From NCBI RefSeq assembly GCF_006345805.1, contig NC_043010.1:42470001-42534000 (forward strand): a stretch of 64,000 nucleotides of DNA, read 5' to 3'. This document shows positions 13,704-26,985 of the stretch, piece after piece. Made by a program: the position numbers and the translations under genes. The notes beneath the pieces are model-generated. The model saw only the letters and a list, made by a program, of their open reading frames with translations, did not search any database and was not told the DNA's origin. This stretch comes from Octopus sinensis. Lineage: Eukaryota. How positions within the stretch are numbered: position 1 is the first letter of the stretch; the number at the start of each line of letters is the position of its first letter.

Positions 13704-14119
13704 ACTCTTACTCTTTACTCTTTTACTGGTTTCAGTCATTTGACTGCGGCCATGCTGGAGCACCACCTTTAGTCGAGCTAATCGACCCCGGGACTTATTC
13801 TTTTGTAAGCTCAGTACTTATTCTATCGGTTGTTTTGCCGAACCGCTAAGTGACGGGGACGTAAACACACCAGCATCGGTTGTCAAGCAATGCTAAGGGG
13901 ACAAACACAGACACACAAACACACATACATATATATATATATACATACATATATACGACAGGCTTCTTTCAGTTTCCGTCTACCAAATCCACTAACAAGG
14001 CATTGGTCGGCCCGGGGCTATAACAGAAGACACTTGCCCAAGATGCCACGCAGTGGGACTGAACCCGGAACCATGTGGTTGGTTAGCAAGCTACTTACCA
14101 CACAGCCACTCCTGTGCCT
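13704..14119 (-). mobile_element. Full-length SINE, family B
   Basis: Same A/B boxes, body and tail as 7025-7449, in reverse orientation. Confidence 0.92.
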
Positions 14120-15459
14120 ATATATATTTTTTAATTTCTTTTTTCCTTAGTTGTGACATTCAACATCGCCATAACTCCATATCAATCCCTGCTTTTAATA
14201 ATATGAAAATATTTAACTGTTTTAACTTGTTTGCGTGTACTCTTGTACTGTTGTTTGTATTGTGTAGTCGATATGTATGATAAGAACATTAGTAGATTCA
14301 ATCTTTTCTGACTAGTGGGGGTTAACTTATTTATGCCATGTTTCAGTGTCAGCTTCAAATCTTTAATCAAAAATTCTTCGACCGAAATATTTTCAAAACT
14401 GCATTATATTGTTATGATTATGTGCAAATGTGTGGATATGGTATGTGTGTGTGTCTGCTTGCATGTATGTACATCTATAAAACAGTGTAGTTAATTACTC
14501 TATTGAAACATGTTTTAAAAAACTAGAATGAGAGGTTCATTCAAGTAATTCACTTCGGTAACAAATTGTAGAGCGGCAATAAAACAATAGAAACTACATT
14601 TACGTTTTTTAACTACAACTAGTGATCATTACTTTATATCAAGTAAAAGCAATAAAAAAAAACTACTTAATAATGACAGACATCTTTTATTCTTTGTTAA
14701 CGTTTCTTTTTGGCATTATTAGTCCGTTCAATTGATTAAGAAATTCTTGAATTTTATAGATAACACCAAAATGGCTTTCAGTTAATCAATACATTTCCCC
14801 AACTGATTACAAAGAAATATTTTTATATTACTTTACTCTTTGTCTTAGTTTACTTCTCCCAATTATTTACATTTGGCACCAGACCAACCAACGATTCTCT
14901 CAGTTGCTTTGACCTTAAAAATTTTGTTGGAACTGATTCGCTCTCAGCTCGAACCTTAAAAAATTCTTTCTGGAAACCTGGAGAAATGTGTGTGAAATTT
15001 TAAAATTTGAACATTTCATTATTTAAATCTTATTGATCTTCATTCAATGTTATCAACCCTTAAATCTCGAATAACAATGTTGTAGTTTCAAATTCTGACG
15101 ATCATATGGTATGTGCTTCAACCTCATTAACTGTGCCAATATGAAATCAATGGAAATAATATGATTCCTAAATAGTCATGCCTGTAAATAGAAAGATATT
15201 TTTTTTACGCTTGCTTTTTTTTTTACCGCAGTTGCTTAACAAAAGTGTTGGTGGTTATATGTTCCCAGCGAATCAATCGCGGTTTCTCCTGCATCTACAA
15301 TTGTGAGGACGTCAAAAGAATGTCTGTTATACGGACGGTGTAAAACAAATATCGGAAAGGACTTTGTCTGAAGAGCACCGCGTTTCGGTTTTTCCTCGTC
15401 GATATTTATGTCCTTCGTCAACTTACATTGGGGAAAAATGTGCACATGCGCACATACAC

Positions 15460-15598
15460 GAGAGAGAGAGAGAGAGGGGGAGGAAGGAAGGAAGGAAGGA
15501 AGGAAGGAAGGAAGGAAGGAAGGAAGGAAGGAAGGAAGGAAGGAAGGAAGGGAGGGAGGAAGGAAAGAAAGAAAAGGATGAAAGGAGGGAGGGAAGGA

Positions 15599-15630
<32 letters not shown>

Positions 15631-15730
15631 AAAAGAAAGAAAAAGAAAAAAAGAAAGAAAAAGAGAAAGAAAGAAAGAAAGAAAAAGAAGGAAGGAAGAA
15701 ATGAAGGAAAGAAAGAAAGAAAGAAAAGAG
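15460..15730 (+). repeat. Polypurine (GA)(GGAA)(GAAA) tract
   Basis: About 270 nt almost purely purine on the + strand. Confidence 0.97.
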
Positions 15731-16560
15731 TAAAAGTCTATGGCTGTCAAGCACATAACTAACCGTAATACTGTGATCTTGAAGGATGGTTCTTCAATGA
15801 AGGATCTACCGGTTCATGCGATCAAATCACTGAAGATTGCTGCAAAAGTCACTGCGAAACGATGTTAGGTTGTGAAGGCATTATAGAAGGTGTAGAGCAA
15901 GCAACTCGACGAAGTTTAGTAAGAGAGCTTCATTTTCCTTAATATTTTTTAGCCAGCTTGTTGGGACTAACGCAAGATTAAAGTTCGTTAATGATAACAA
16001 TTGGAAAATACTCCATATTTTTAGCTGATAGATTTCAAGGTGTGCTTCAGGTTCCCCTGTGACGTAAACAATTGTCCTCAACAATTTTCTAAGTGAACGG
16101 GCACATTCAGTCGGATCTTAGCTTACAAGCGACCGATAGGAAATCACATTTCCGTGCCAAGCGCAACCAAAGCTTCATTCATTACGAACATCTGATTGAT
16201 TACACCTTTGCTAATGAACCTTTGAAATTTACATTAATTCATTCCTTAAACCTGTGATTCTTTGTCCGCGCTGCGAGCTGCTTTTAGGTGTGTTAACACC
16301 ATTCGTCTACAGCGAGAAATTTTCTCCATGACGAAATATAGTAAATGGCTTTCTTACGGGGTTTGAATATGCCCCAAGCATATTTGAACAGGTAATAATC
16401 TTGTATCTATCTATCAATCTATCTATATGTGTGGGGTGGGATTTTTATAGTTTTTCCGCCTGTCAAAGCTCACTTACAGGGAATTACCGACATAAAGTTC
16501 AATAACTTATGCAATTATGCCTCATAATGAGTTCGAACTTGAAAATATTTCGTTGTGACA

Positions 16561-17070
16561 CTTCTTCTTCCTGCCATTAACCCTCCAACGCGGTGTATAG
16601 GCCACTTATAGTTGAATTCCATGTCGCATAATTTTTCGCTAAGATACTTATGCTCTACCATGAATGTCCCCCTTTCTCTAGTTCCTTTTGTGTTGATCTA
16701 CGCCACGAGTTCTCAGGCCCACCTTTCTTTCTATATCCATCCGGATTCCACTGTAAAGCACTTTTCGCCACATTTGGTGTGTCTTTTCTAATTGTGCTAC
16801 CAATCCACTTCCACTTTTTCTTAGATATTTGCTCCCTAATCAAAACTTCATTTGTTCTTTACCATAGCTCTATATTGCTTATGTGTTCGGGCCATATAAT
16901 TTTAAGTATACTACGAAAGCATCTGTTGCTTATTTGACTTAACTGTTGTTCGCCATGTCTCAGCCCCCATACAATAACACCGCTTTTACGTTAGTGTTAA
17001 AAATTCTTATTTTGTTCTTTATTGAAATTACACTTGCGCTCCATACTTTCTTTTAACACGATGTCCAAAA
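16561..17070 (-). mobile_element. RTE-clade LINE 3' end, degenerate, with (GAA)n tail
   Basis: Translation ...KIRIFNTNVKAVLLYGAETW...WKWIGSTIRKDTPNVAKSALQWNPDGYRKKGGPENSWRRS matches the RTE RT C-terminus; (CTT)3 at 16561. Confidence 0.88.
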
Positions 17071-17428
17071 TTGCACAATGTTTTTCCGGCAACTAACATA
17101 GTTTTGCGTCTATGAATATGAACATATATCTACTAAACGACAAGTATAAACAACTAAGTTGATCTGCTTCTTATATTTGACAAAAGGCTTTAAAAATCTG
17201 CTAAAAATAATTGAATTACTCTGGTATTTTTGTAAGAATAACGGGATAGAGTAAATTTAAATTGAATGTACTGATAAGCGCATGAAACAACTTTAGTAAT
17301 AACAGGTTTTACAAGAAAAACATGTGTATGTATGTGCGTGTGTGTGAGTGTGTGTGTTTAAGTGTGTATCTGTTTCTATGTGTCTTTGTTCAAGTGAACC
17401 TGTGTCAATCACCATTTACATAAAGGTG

Positions 17429-17464
<36 letters not shown>

Positions 17465-17491
17465 TGTGTATGTGCATGTATGCATGTATGC

Positions 17492-17537
<46 letters not shown>

Positions 17538-17564
17538 ATGCATGTACGTATGTATGAATGCATT

Positions 17565-17605
<41 letters not shown>

Positions 17606-17692
17606 ATGCATGTACGTATGTATGAATGCATTTATATGTGTGTGTGTGTGTGTGTGTGTGTATATGAGTGTGTGTATGCATGTGTGTATATT

Positions 17693-17756
<64 letters not shown>

Positions 17757-18228
17757 CATACATATATATATATACAAATAACAAAACAAACCCACTGAAA
17801 GATTCCCAAACACCTCTACCCCAAGGTAGAACGCCTCTCAGAACCGGAAATTCCAATACAAAAGGAAACAGTAATTATAACAGGAGAAACTATCCCTAAC
17901 ATGAACAGCTTCGGTTCAAACTCGCCATAACTAAATTACTCCAGAAAACTGGAAAGAAACAGACAAAATCACCACAGACTCAGGAACACAATCAAAAGGA
18001 AGAAACGTTATAAACCATTCTTTAGGCTCAGAAGAAAGTTTCCAGGATACCAAGTAGTCCTTATGAATGAGATTAACAATTCATCGACAATAAATACGAG
18101 ATCCCAGGACTAGACAAACACCACTCAGTGAACGTTTGAAGATAAGCGCAAATACCAGATATACTAAATTTCTTGTTTTCTTACTTAAGATATCAAATAA
18201 AGGATATATATATATAAGCAGAACGACT

Positions 18229-18531
<303 letters not shown>

Positions 18532-19639
18532 TTAAGTTCTTGTTCATGAAGTTGAAGCCGGTTACAAGACATTTTGTGTTAAGACAGTTCTAAGTATTTT
18601 TAAATATGAGTTAGCGTGCGTGTATGTATATAGGTATATACACACCTACATCTATGTTCCGTGCGAACACGTGCATATTTACATTTTTATATGTCTGTCT
18701 TTGTAGATGCCCACAACTAAGTATGTGCATATATTCATTTAAAGAATCTCAAATGGAAAATATTTTGAATCTCTCTAATTTCACTTTTCTGCAAAAGATT
18801 GGATTTGGAGGGTGCAAGTCTCTTTCTTACTCTTTCTTACAAAATCCTTGCATTTCTAGGTTCTTATGCAAATGCGCAGTTACGTACCTAATGCACCAGT
18901 ATGCACAAATGAAAATGTATGTATGTATGTATGTATGTATGTATGTATGTGTGAGAGTGTGTATGTGTCAGTCTGTGCGTAAATATCTTTTACGTAAACA
19001 TCTTTTACGTCACTAAAGAAGGGTAATTTTTTTGTAAAACGATTAACTAACCGTTCGATAGATATGATTGTCAAAAAATATTTTAAGCCGATATCTTAAT
19101 GTGATCAATGTCCAGTGACTGAAATATGTAAAAAATTGAAAATGCGTGTGGAGTATGCATGTAGCGGTAAGAGGTGGTTGAACAATAACCTGCACCTAGA
19201 ACAAAAGTATCTATACACTAAGGTAGACATTTTCATATCCGACAAGATCGATGAAATAAGTACCGAACAAAGTATATGAATCGATATAATCGACTAAACT
19301 TCATGAATACAGTACCCCAGTATGGCTTCTGTCCAAAGACTGAAGCCAGTAAGAGAGGAAAACAATGAACTGATGTAATTCCCTGGATTAACAGATTTAA
19401 TCCTTGTGGAGAATTATTTGATGGCAAGCTGCAGGAGTTTGAAAGGATTGCCAATTGTTAAAAATTGAGCAAATTCAAAAATATTAAGAGCAGCCATACC
19501 ACGAGAGTTAAAACGTGGTTCAGGGTTCGATATCACAGTGAAGTAATTTCCATTGACACCAAGTACTGATCAATTCCTTGTGAGAAACTGGTAGATAAAA
19601 TCTGTTCCGGAGTTCCTCTGGGCGTGCTTGTGTGTGTGT

Positions 19640-19702
<63 letters not shown>

Positions 19703-19954
19703 CGCACGTGTGCGTGTGTGCATGAGCGCGTGTGCGTGTCTATGTGTGTATGACCGCGACTATGTTTATGCTTGCTAGTATAAAAATCAAAGTAGTGTTG
19801 TAAAGTTTAAGTTAGAAGTTAATCCTAAATTCGCAAAGGAGGAGCTTTGCTAACAAAATTGATTCCGATATATGAGTGATACTTATTACATCAACCCCTA
19901 GAACATAAGGTAATGCAACTAAGCATTACAAGAGCACGATAATAATGATGATGT

Positions 19955-19985
<31 letters not shown>

Positions 19986-20816
19986 AAAATTCTAACTAGG
20001 CTCCACCTTCAAGGTCATGCATTATTTATCTTAATACGAGAACATCATATGATTGAAAGAGGTTTTCTTTTTTCTAAACACAAGCTTCCGAGTCTTATCA
20101 AATTATGCACATACAAGGATAATTGAAATAAGGGTTAATTGACAACATGTATGAAACTGAATCAGTAGAAATATTACAGTTTAGATATGAATGTATACCT
20201 GCACTGAATAACCATGTAACTAAGTGGTAGGATTTGATGACAAAATATTTTTGAACACTTATTATTCAGTAACTGATATTGTGTAGCAAATGATTGTGTG
20301 TTTGATTTAACATTCCTCCAACGAAGATTCTATAGAGTAAACAACAAAATTTGTTTAATTAATAGCATCCGATAGATCAATACTAATTGCCACATAATCA
20401 GGGCAACGTTTAGATTATATACACCTTGCGTTGATTCTTCACATTTTCATGGTCTATTGATTTCATAAATTGATTGTAATGAAAATCGTTATATTTCTCT
20501 TTCAATCAAGGGATTAATTGTGCAGGAATTTAGCTTATTAAACTTCGCAACAGAAAACTCTTCATCAGGTCTTCAGATGAGTGGGTGTGGACCTCAACTA
20601 AAAAAATCGAATAATGGAATGTGTGTGAGTTTCACATCAATGAGATCATGTATCGGATGTCAGTCTCAGGTTAGAAACCTTACCATGGTTGTCAAACTTA
20701 ATGATTTGTTAGTACCAGTGAATTAAAGTGCCAGTTGGAGACTGACATTTAGAACCTAACACTTTTGACATTATAGCATCATGATACTGAATTGTTTTTA
20801 GTTAACAGATATTTAA

Positions 20817-21231
20817 GGCGGCGAGCTGGCAGAATCGTTAGCACGCCGGGCGAAATGCTTAGCGGTATTTCGTCTGCCGTTACGTTGTGAGTTCAAATTC
20901 CGCCGAGGTCGACTTTACCTTTCATCCTTTCGGGGTCGATAAATTAAGTACCAGTTACGCACTGGGGTCGATGTAATCGACTTAATATCTATGTCTGTCC
21001 TTGTTTGTCCCTTCTATGTTTAGCCCCTTGTGGGTAATAAAGAAATAGGTATTTCGTCTGCCGTTACGTTCTAAGTTCAAATTCCGCCGAGGTCGATTTT
21101 GCCTTTCATGCTTTCGGGGTCGATTAAAAAAGTACCAGTTACGCACTGGGGTCGATGTAATCGACTTAATCCGTTTGTCTGTCGTTGTTTGTCCCCTCTG
21201 TGTTTAGCCCCTTGTGAGCAGTAAAGAAATA
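20817..21231 (+). mobile_element. SINE family A dimer (full monomer 20817-21047 plus 5'-truncated monomer 21048-21231)
   Basis: A box TGGCAGAATCG, B box GAGTTCAAATTCC, central GTCGACTTTRCCTTTCATCCTTTCGGGGTCGAT, end AAAGAAATA. Confidence 0.93.
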
Positions 21232-21389
21232 GATATTTTTTACTGCAAACATACAATGAAATCTCTGCTGGTCTTTCGTCCTTTCTACTTGGTGCATAGC
21301 TTTCAATATACGAGCTTATGCGATACTTTACAATCTTTACACGCATGCACACATACCTACATACATACATACATATATATATATATATA

Positions 21390-21759
21390 CATCATGGCTG
21401 CCCCTCGTTATCGAGTATGGCCATTACACAAAACTTAACTGTTACTGGTGCTGTGATCGAATGTGACTTTTTAGCCCAGCTAAAGATCTACAATGTCTTG
21501 TACAAAATTGGCAACTAAAACCTTTATTGGTAATAGCCGGCTGTAGTTGTAACTGGGCTTCATGTACTTTTGCATGTCGTTTAAGTCCTCCTGCCGAATT
21601 ACACTCTCTTCCACATGCCCGACAGATATGATTAGTATGGTGTGTTACACCACCATCAGTGGCCAGGTTGTCACTCATCTGTCTCGTTTTATGACTACGA
21701 AGATGACTCATGAGTCCAGCTTTACTGTGGCAGGGTCTTGCACAGACATTGCATGTCAT
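21390..21759 (-). mobile_element. 5'-truncated non-LTR retroelement 3' end encoding three C2H2 zinc fingers, flanked by (TATG)n
   Basis: Open frame TCNVCARPCHSKAGLMSHLRSH...CRACGRECNSAGGLKRHAKVH...CQFCTRHCRSLAGLKSHIRSQHQ* (stop 21442-44); 3' UTR hairpin CTCG-ATAA-CGAG; second copy at 62873-63180. Confidence 0.8.
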
Positions 21760-21764
21760 ATATA

Positions 21765-21799
<35 letters not shown>

Positions 21800-21802
21800 T
21801 TA

Positions 21803-22032
21803 TATTTCTTTACTACCCACAAGGGGCTAAACATAGAGGGGACAAACAAGGACAGACAAAGGGATTAAGTCGATTACATCGACCCAGTGCGAAACTGATA
21901 CTTTATTTATCGACCCCGAGAGGATGAAAGGCAAAGTCGACCTCGGCGGAATTTGAACTCAGAATGTAACGACAGACGAAATACCGCTAAGCATTTCGCC
22001 TGGCGTTCTAACGTTTCTGCCAGCTCGCCGCC
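21803..22032 (-). mobile_element. Full-length SINE, family A
   Basis: Complete head, core and tail in reverse orientation. Confidence 0.93.
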
Positions 22033-22945
22033 TTATACATACATAATATATACACGCGCTCACACACATATCGGAGTTTGATTGTGTCCAGATAAATATA
22101 TTAGTCAATAGAATTCCAACACGGTCTGATTTTCACGTTTAAATTTTATATTTCTTACATTTTTACATATTATATTAATACAAATATCGTCATGCTTTCT
22201 GCAATCTTCAAGTTTTGCAGTAGCTGTCTTAACCGACAGATATGCTTCACAGCTGATAACTTTTAAATACCTTCAAATAAGCTCCTGCAAGCTGAGTCTT
22301 ATGAACAGTATTTTAACTAATCAGCGTACGGTTTAGACGTCACGGTTCAATGAGCGCAGCAACCCAGTTGACATTAACAGCATTTATTCATAGAAACATG
22401 TTCATCAATCAGAATCATCTGTAAAGGATTCCGCTACATTCAGATGTTGAGAAACAGCTTAAATATCTTTTAATATTACAGTCAAAATTTCTACGGCTTT
22501 TAATAAAATTATATATAAATTGAATTGACTGCAAAGTTTGAACATCTGATGTATATTCTTTCAACAGAGCAAGTTTACCGAAATATTTGTTTCAATTTTT
22601 GGCACAAGACCAGCAACGTAACGGGAGGGGTAAGTCGATTACAGCGATCCCAGTACCCAACTGGTACATATTTTATAGATCTCGAAAGGAGGAAAGGTAA
22701 AGTCGACCTCGGGGGAATTTGAACTCTATGACAGACGATATTCGTCTGCTACGATTTATGTATATGCTTTTATGCACCAAGCGCCTATATGGGAAGATCT
22801 CTGAAGACTAATAACGCAGTATTCGGTGTTCTAACAAGACATCCATGTTAAGTCGGATATAGAGATTATCTTTTGACATTAACACTGCTTCCATCGCTAA
22901 TAATTAATTAATGCGCATGTGTGTGTGTGTGTGTGTGTGGTGTGT

Positions 22946-23009
<64 letters not shown>

Positions 23010-23811
23010 CTTCAACAATGTACAAATAACAATATTTTTTTTTATTATTTCTCGTCTAAATCCCATCAAAGCCAACTTTATTTTTTCGTACGAAATATCT
23101 TGAAATAGCATTGATTATATATATGCACATCTCTAAATAGAAAACCGATCAGATGACCCTGAAAAACTGCTGACAATGTGAAGTTAATACATATTAAATC
23201 CTATCCTAAATTACATTCTCCATTTCTTCTGCAAAAACAATTCTCAGTCCAAGCGTCAAGTAGGTCATACGTATTCGTCTACGTAAATTTGCACGTCGAT
23301 AAATATCACTAAATTGAAACCTGCCGAAATTCGTATGGCATCCTTCCTTTCCGGTCATTCTTCTTTTTCCTTTTATAATTTCTTTTTCTTTAATTGTAAT
23401 TTATCGTCAACTGTTCTTTTTTAACCTTCTTTTCTCTATCATTTCTTATTCTTATCTTCCCGCCTCTTCTTTTATTTTTGTTTCTGTTTTTCTTTAATCC
23501 TTACTGTTGTTATTCAATTTTTATTTTTTTCCTTTTCTTTATTTTTTTTTTTTTTCAAAATTTTTTTTTTAATGTTGTAACTTGCTGGAGTATGTGACAA
23601 ACAACACAACACCCCGCCGCCAATGTTGTTTTCAAGGTCACCTGATCGAAATTAATCGATAGATATATTTATAAACTTCAAGAAGTGCAACGCCAGACGA
23701 CTGAGGATTACAACTGAGAAAGCCTGAGTAGCGACTAGCGTAGGCTCGGTTTTGAATATATATATATAACTCTGTGTGTGTGTGTGCGTGTGCGTGTGTG
23801 TGTGTGTGTGC

Positions 23812-23863
<52 letters not shown>

Positions 23864-24045
23864 CTTTCTTTGCGTATGTGGGCGATGTCTGCGTTTTATT
23901 TCATTTTCAATCAGTTTTTTTCCTTTTTTGTCACTTTTTTCCATCCCACGTTTATGTACATTTCCACATGTTTTTGTAATTTTTCTGGGTGGTACGCTTT
24001 ATATGTTTATACCCGTGTGGTCAATAAAGAAATAAAAGTAATTAA

Positions 24046-24287
24046 GGCGGCGAGCTGGCAGAATCGTTAGCACGTCAGGACAAAACGCTCAGCAGTTTTT
24101 CGTCAATCGCTACGTTCTGAGTTCAAATTCCGCCAAGGTTGACTTTGCCTTTCATCCTTTTAAAGGCGGCGAGCTGGCAGAAGCGTTAGCACGCCGGGCG
24201 AAATGCGTAGCTGTATTTCGTCTGCCGTTACGTTCTGAGTTCAAATTCCGCCGAGGTCGACTTTACTTTTCATCCTTTCGGGGGTCG
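24046..24287 (+). mobile_element. Two head-to-tail 3'-truncated SINE family A heads
   Basis: GGCGGCGAGCTGGCAGAA at ~24046 and ~24164; both stop in the core domain. Confidence 0.85.
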
Positions 24288-24516
24288 TGTGTGTGTTTTC
24301 AACACCTAGATATTACACATGATAAAAAGTAACCAGCAGCTAACCACGATCTCTACACAATATGAAGAGGACTAACAGAGCAGCAATTGGTGAACTGCAG
24401 AAGAAAGAAGAGAACACTTCATCAGGGACACGGCGAAGAAAAATACACAGTAAATATGAAAACAAAATATTTGTTAAAAGTGGTCACAGATTCTTCTGCT
24501 TTTGTAATGTTACCAG

Positions 24517-24649
24517 ATGGATGATAGAAAAGTAAAAAATGAATACAACGATGCTGGACATTCATTGGTAGTACAAATGCTGCCCAGCACTAGTAGTGGG
24601 AGTGGTATCGTCGAAGGGAGTTCAAATCGTTCTGACCTCCAACTGACAG
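24517..24649 (+). CDS. Possible coding exon (unverified)
   Basis: TTACCAG acceptor and AG|GTAAAG donor; only frame 0 is open (MDDRKVKNEYNDAGHSLVVQMLPSTSSGSGIVEGSSNRSDLQLT). No recognisable homology. Confidence 0.2.
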
Positions 24650-24722
24650 GTAAAGGGAATGCCTCGCTGATCAAGCTGTATGTAGACAATAACACTTACA
24701 TACACGCAGATAGATATATACA

Positions 24723-24760
<38 letters not shown>

Positions 24761-24782
24761 TCTCCCCCCTCTCTCTCTCTCT

Positions 24783-24818
<36 letters not shown>

Positions 24819-24995
24819 CTCTCAGAGATTTAGAAATTTAATATTTCTGTTTTCGAAATCAGTGAATAGATGGAGGTGTTTATCTCCCTTTTGAAAACAT
24901 AAAATGTGTCATGGCCAACTGGGAACATATGATGGTATATTGCCAGCTTAATGAGACAGTCCCATGAAATATGCCCTAAGTACAATGCTTCCAGG

Positions 24996-25061
24996 ATCAC
25001 ATCCAATGAGTCCTGCTTTCGGCTGTATCACATCCAATGAGTCCTGCTTTCGGCTGTATCA
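24996..25061 (+). repeat. Perfect 31-bp tandem duplication
   Basis: ATCACATCCAATGAGTCCTGCTTTCGGCTGT x2 plus ATCA. Confidence 0.95.
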
Positions 25062-26696
25062 TTCAAAGGACATCATTTGGTTACTATTTCTCTCGCTAAT
25101 TTTATAACTATCCGCTAACGCTCTTAAATACTAACCAGCATTGTTTTATCATTTCGTTGTTATGCTTTCATCCTTTTTGATTTCTATATTTTACATTTCT
25201 TGCTTAAGTAGAGTTTTGTGTTTATTCCTTCCTAGACCTATCAAAAATTTTACTCCTAACGTGTAATAACATTCCAAACTAAGATGTTTCATTTCTATGA
25301 AAAGTTTCGAACATAGAGGAAGAAAGTACAGAGGAAGAAGAATCAATCAAGATGCTATGATGTGAGTGAGAGAGGGACACCGAAATCTAGAGAATAGGGG
25401 AGAGGTGGGAGTGAAGGGAAGACGAAACAGTGAGTGGGAGAAATTTCAGTCATTCTGAGCTTAGATATGATATTAGGTAAAGCCTCCAGCTATTCTCCGC
25501 CAGTCTTTTAAATGATGCTAGGAAGTCGCTAAACAGAAATCTTACCATTAATCGCCCACAATACATATTATAAGGTCGTTGTAGAAAATTGTGCTGTTGT
25601 TTTTGTTTTTGTTGTGTTGTCATACGTCAACTTTGACTCGGATGACTTATGATTGGTGGCATTCCAACTGTGACCAACTCATCCTTTTTCAGACACAGTT
25701 TATCTAGAGCGACATCATGCATCATATCCCTCGGTTTTTAATGCCTTTTAGTATAATTGGAGAAAGATTTAACTGCTATTTCTTGCAAATCGAATGACCA
25801 CATAGAGCTTCTTTCCGGGAAGTGATGTAATCTATGATGATTATGATGATGGTCGCCATCAATATCATAATGTTAATAACGATCACCAACACAATATTTG
25901 ATAAGCCATGATAATGATGTTGATGGCAGTGATGGTATTGAGTATCAGGATAGATACCACTGACAAAGTGAAGGTATTAAAAGATAAAAGCGAAGTGAGA
26001 AATTTCCAGATTTTGACTTGACATTCTTCTTTGATTACTTAACGCTTAAAAAGATTAGCGAAGTTTTGATGGAAGGAAGTTCAATCTGGTGTGAAGTTAC
26101 TGACAAGATGACAGCTGGCAAGTGCTACAAGGAAACGTGCTTATATAAAAGAGGAAAAGAAGAGAGAAAAAAAAACGTAAAATTATTTTGAAAATTTGAA
26201 TAAAGTATTGGGAATGCTATTTTTAAATCAGGTTAAATAACATTGTATAATATAGCCTGTGGAGCTGGGTGAAGCTGAGTGAGACGGATGTCTCTGCAGC
26301 GAGAGAACTTAAGAGTGTATATATATATAAATATATATATATTGATAAGTTCTCAGATGGATTCTAGTTAGTTAACATTATATTACATACAGAAGGTGGT
26401 GGAAATTGCAGGAACGGTAGATTATGGACTAAATGTATTATAGCATTTAGTTCTGTTGCTTTTGACTCCGGGGTAGACTTCACTTTTTGCTCCAAAGTAA
26501 TCAATAAAACGACGAGTGACATTGGAGGTAATTTCGCGGCGCAGCAACCAAATATTTATTGTGTGCTATAACCATTTCAGTTCACCTGGTTTCTTATATT
26601 CCTTAAGAAATGCATGATGGTAATAACACCCGATGTAACCGAAATGTTATCTTTAAATCAGGGTAGCAACAGCAGTGGTAGCAGTTGTTGTTGATG

Positions 26697-26698
26697 TT

Positions 26699-26734
<36 letters not shown>

Positions 26735-26985
26735 TCGGCGGCGACGGTGACGTGACGGTGGCGTGGCGGCAGCGGCGTAGTGGCGTAGCGGCGGTAGCGG
26801 CGTCAGCGGCGTAGCGGCGTAGCGGCGTAGCGGCGTAGCGGCGTCAGCGGCGTCAGCGGCGTCAGCGGCGTCAGCGGCGTCAGCGGCGTCAGCGGCGTCA
26901 GCGGCGTAGCGGTGTAGCGGTGTAGCGGCGTAGCGGCGTAGCGGTGTAGCGGCGTAGCGGTGTAGCGGCGGCAGCTGTAGAGTAG
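26697..26985 (+). repeat. (GTA)n grading into a CpG-rich 8/9-bp minisatellite (AGCGGCGT / CAGCGGCGT / AGCGGTGT)
   Basis: Direct reading. Confidence 0.95.

Noticed and set aside
15766-15945. Cys-rich frame YCDLEGWFFNEGSTGSCDQITEDCCKSHCE...
   Set aside because: Preceded by two in-frame stops with no acceptor site; not recognised.
16330-16400. KWLSYGV/YAPSIFEQV, resembling a Gypsy RT motif
   Set aside because: Needs a frameshift and has no supporting flanking motifs.
20526-20634. AG...GTGAGT-bounded open segment
   Set aside because: Weak pyrimidine tract, no homology and no partner exon; within chance expectation.
24996-25061. 31-bp direct repeat considered as a CRISPR-like array
   Set aside because: Two adjacent copies with no spacer, in a eukaryotic context.
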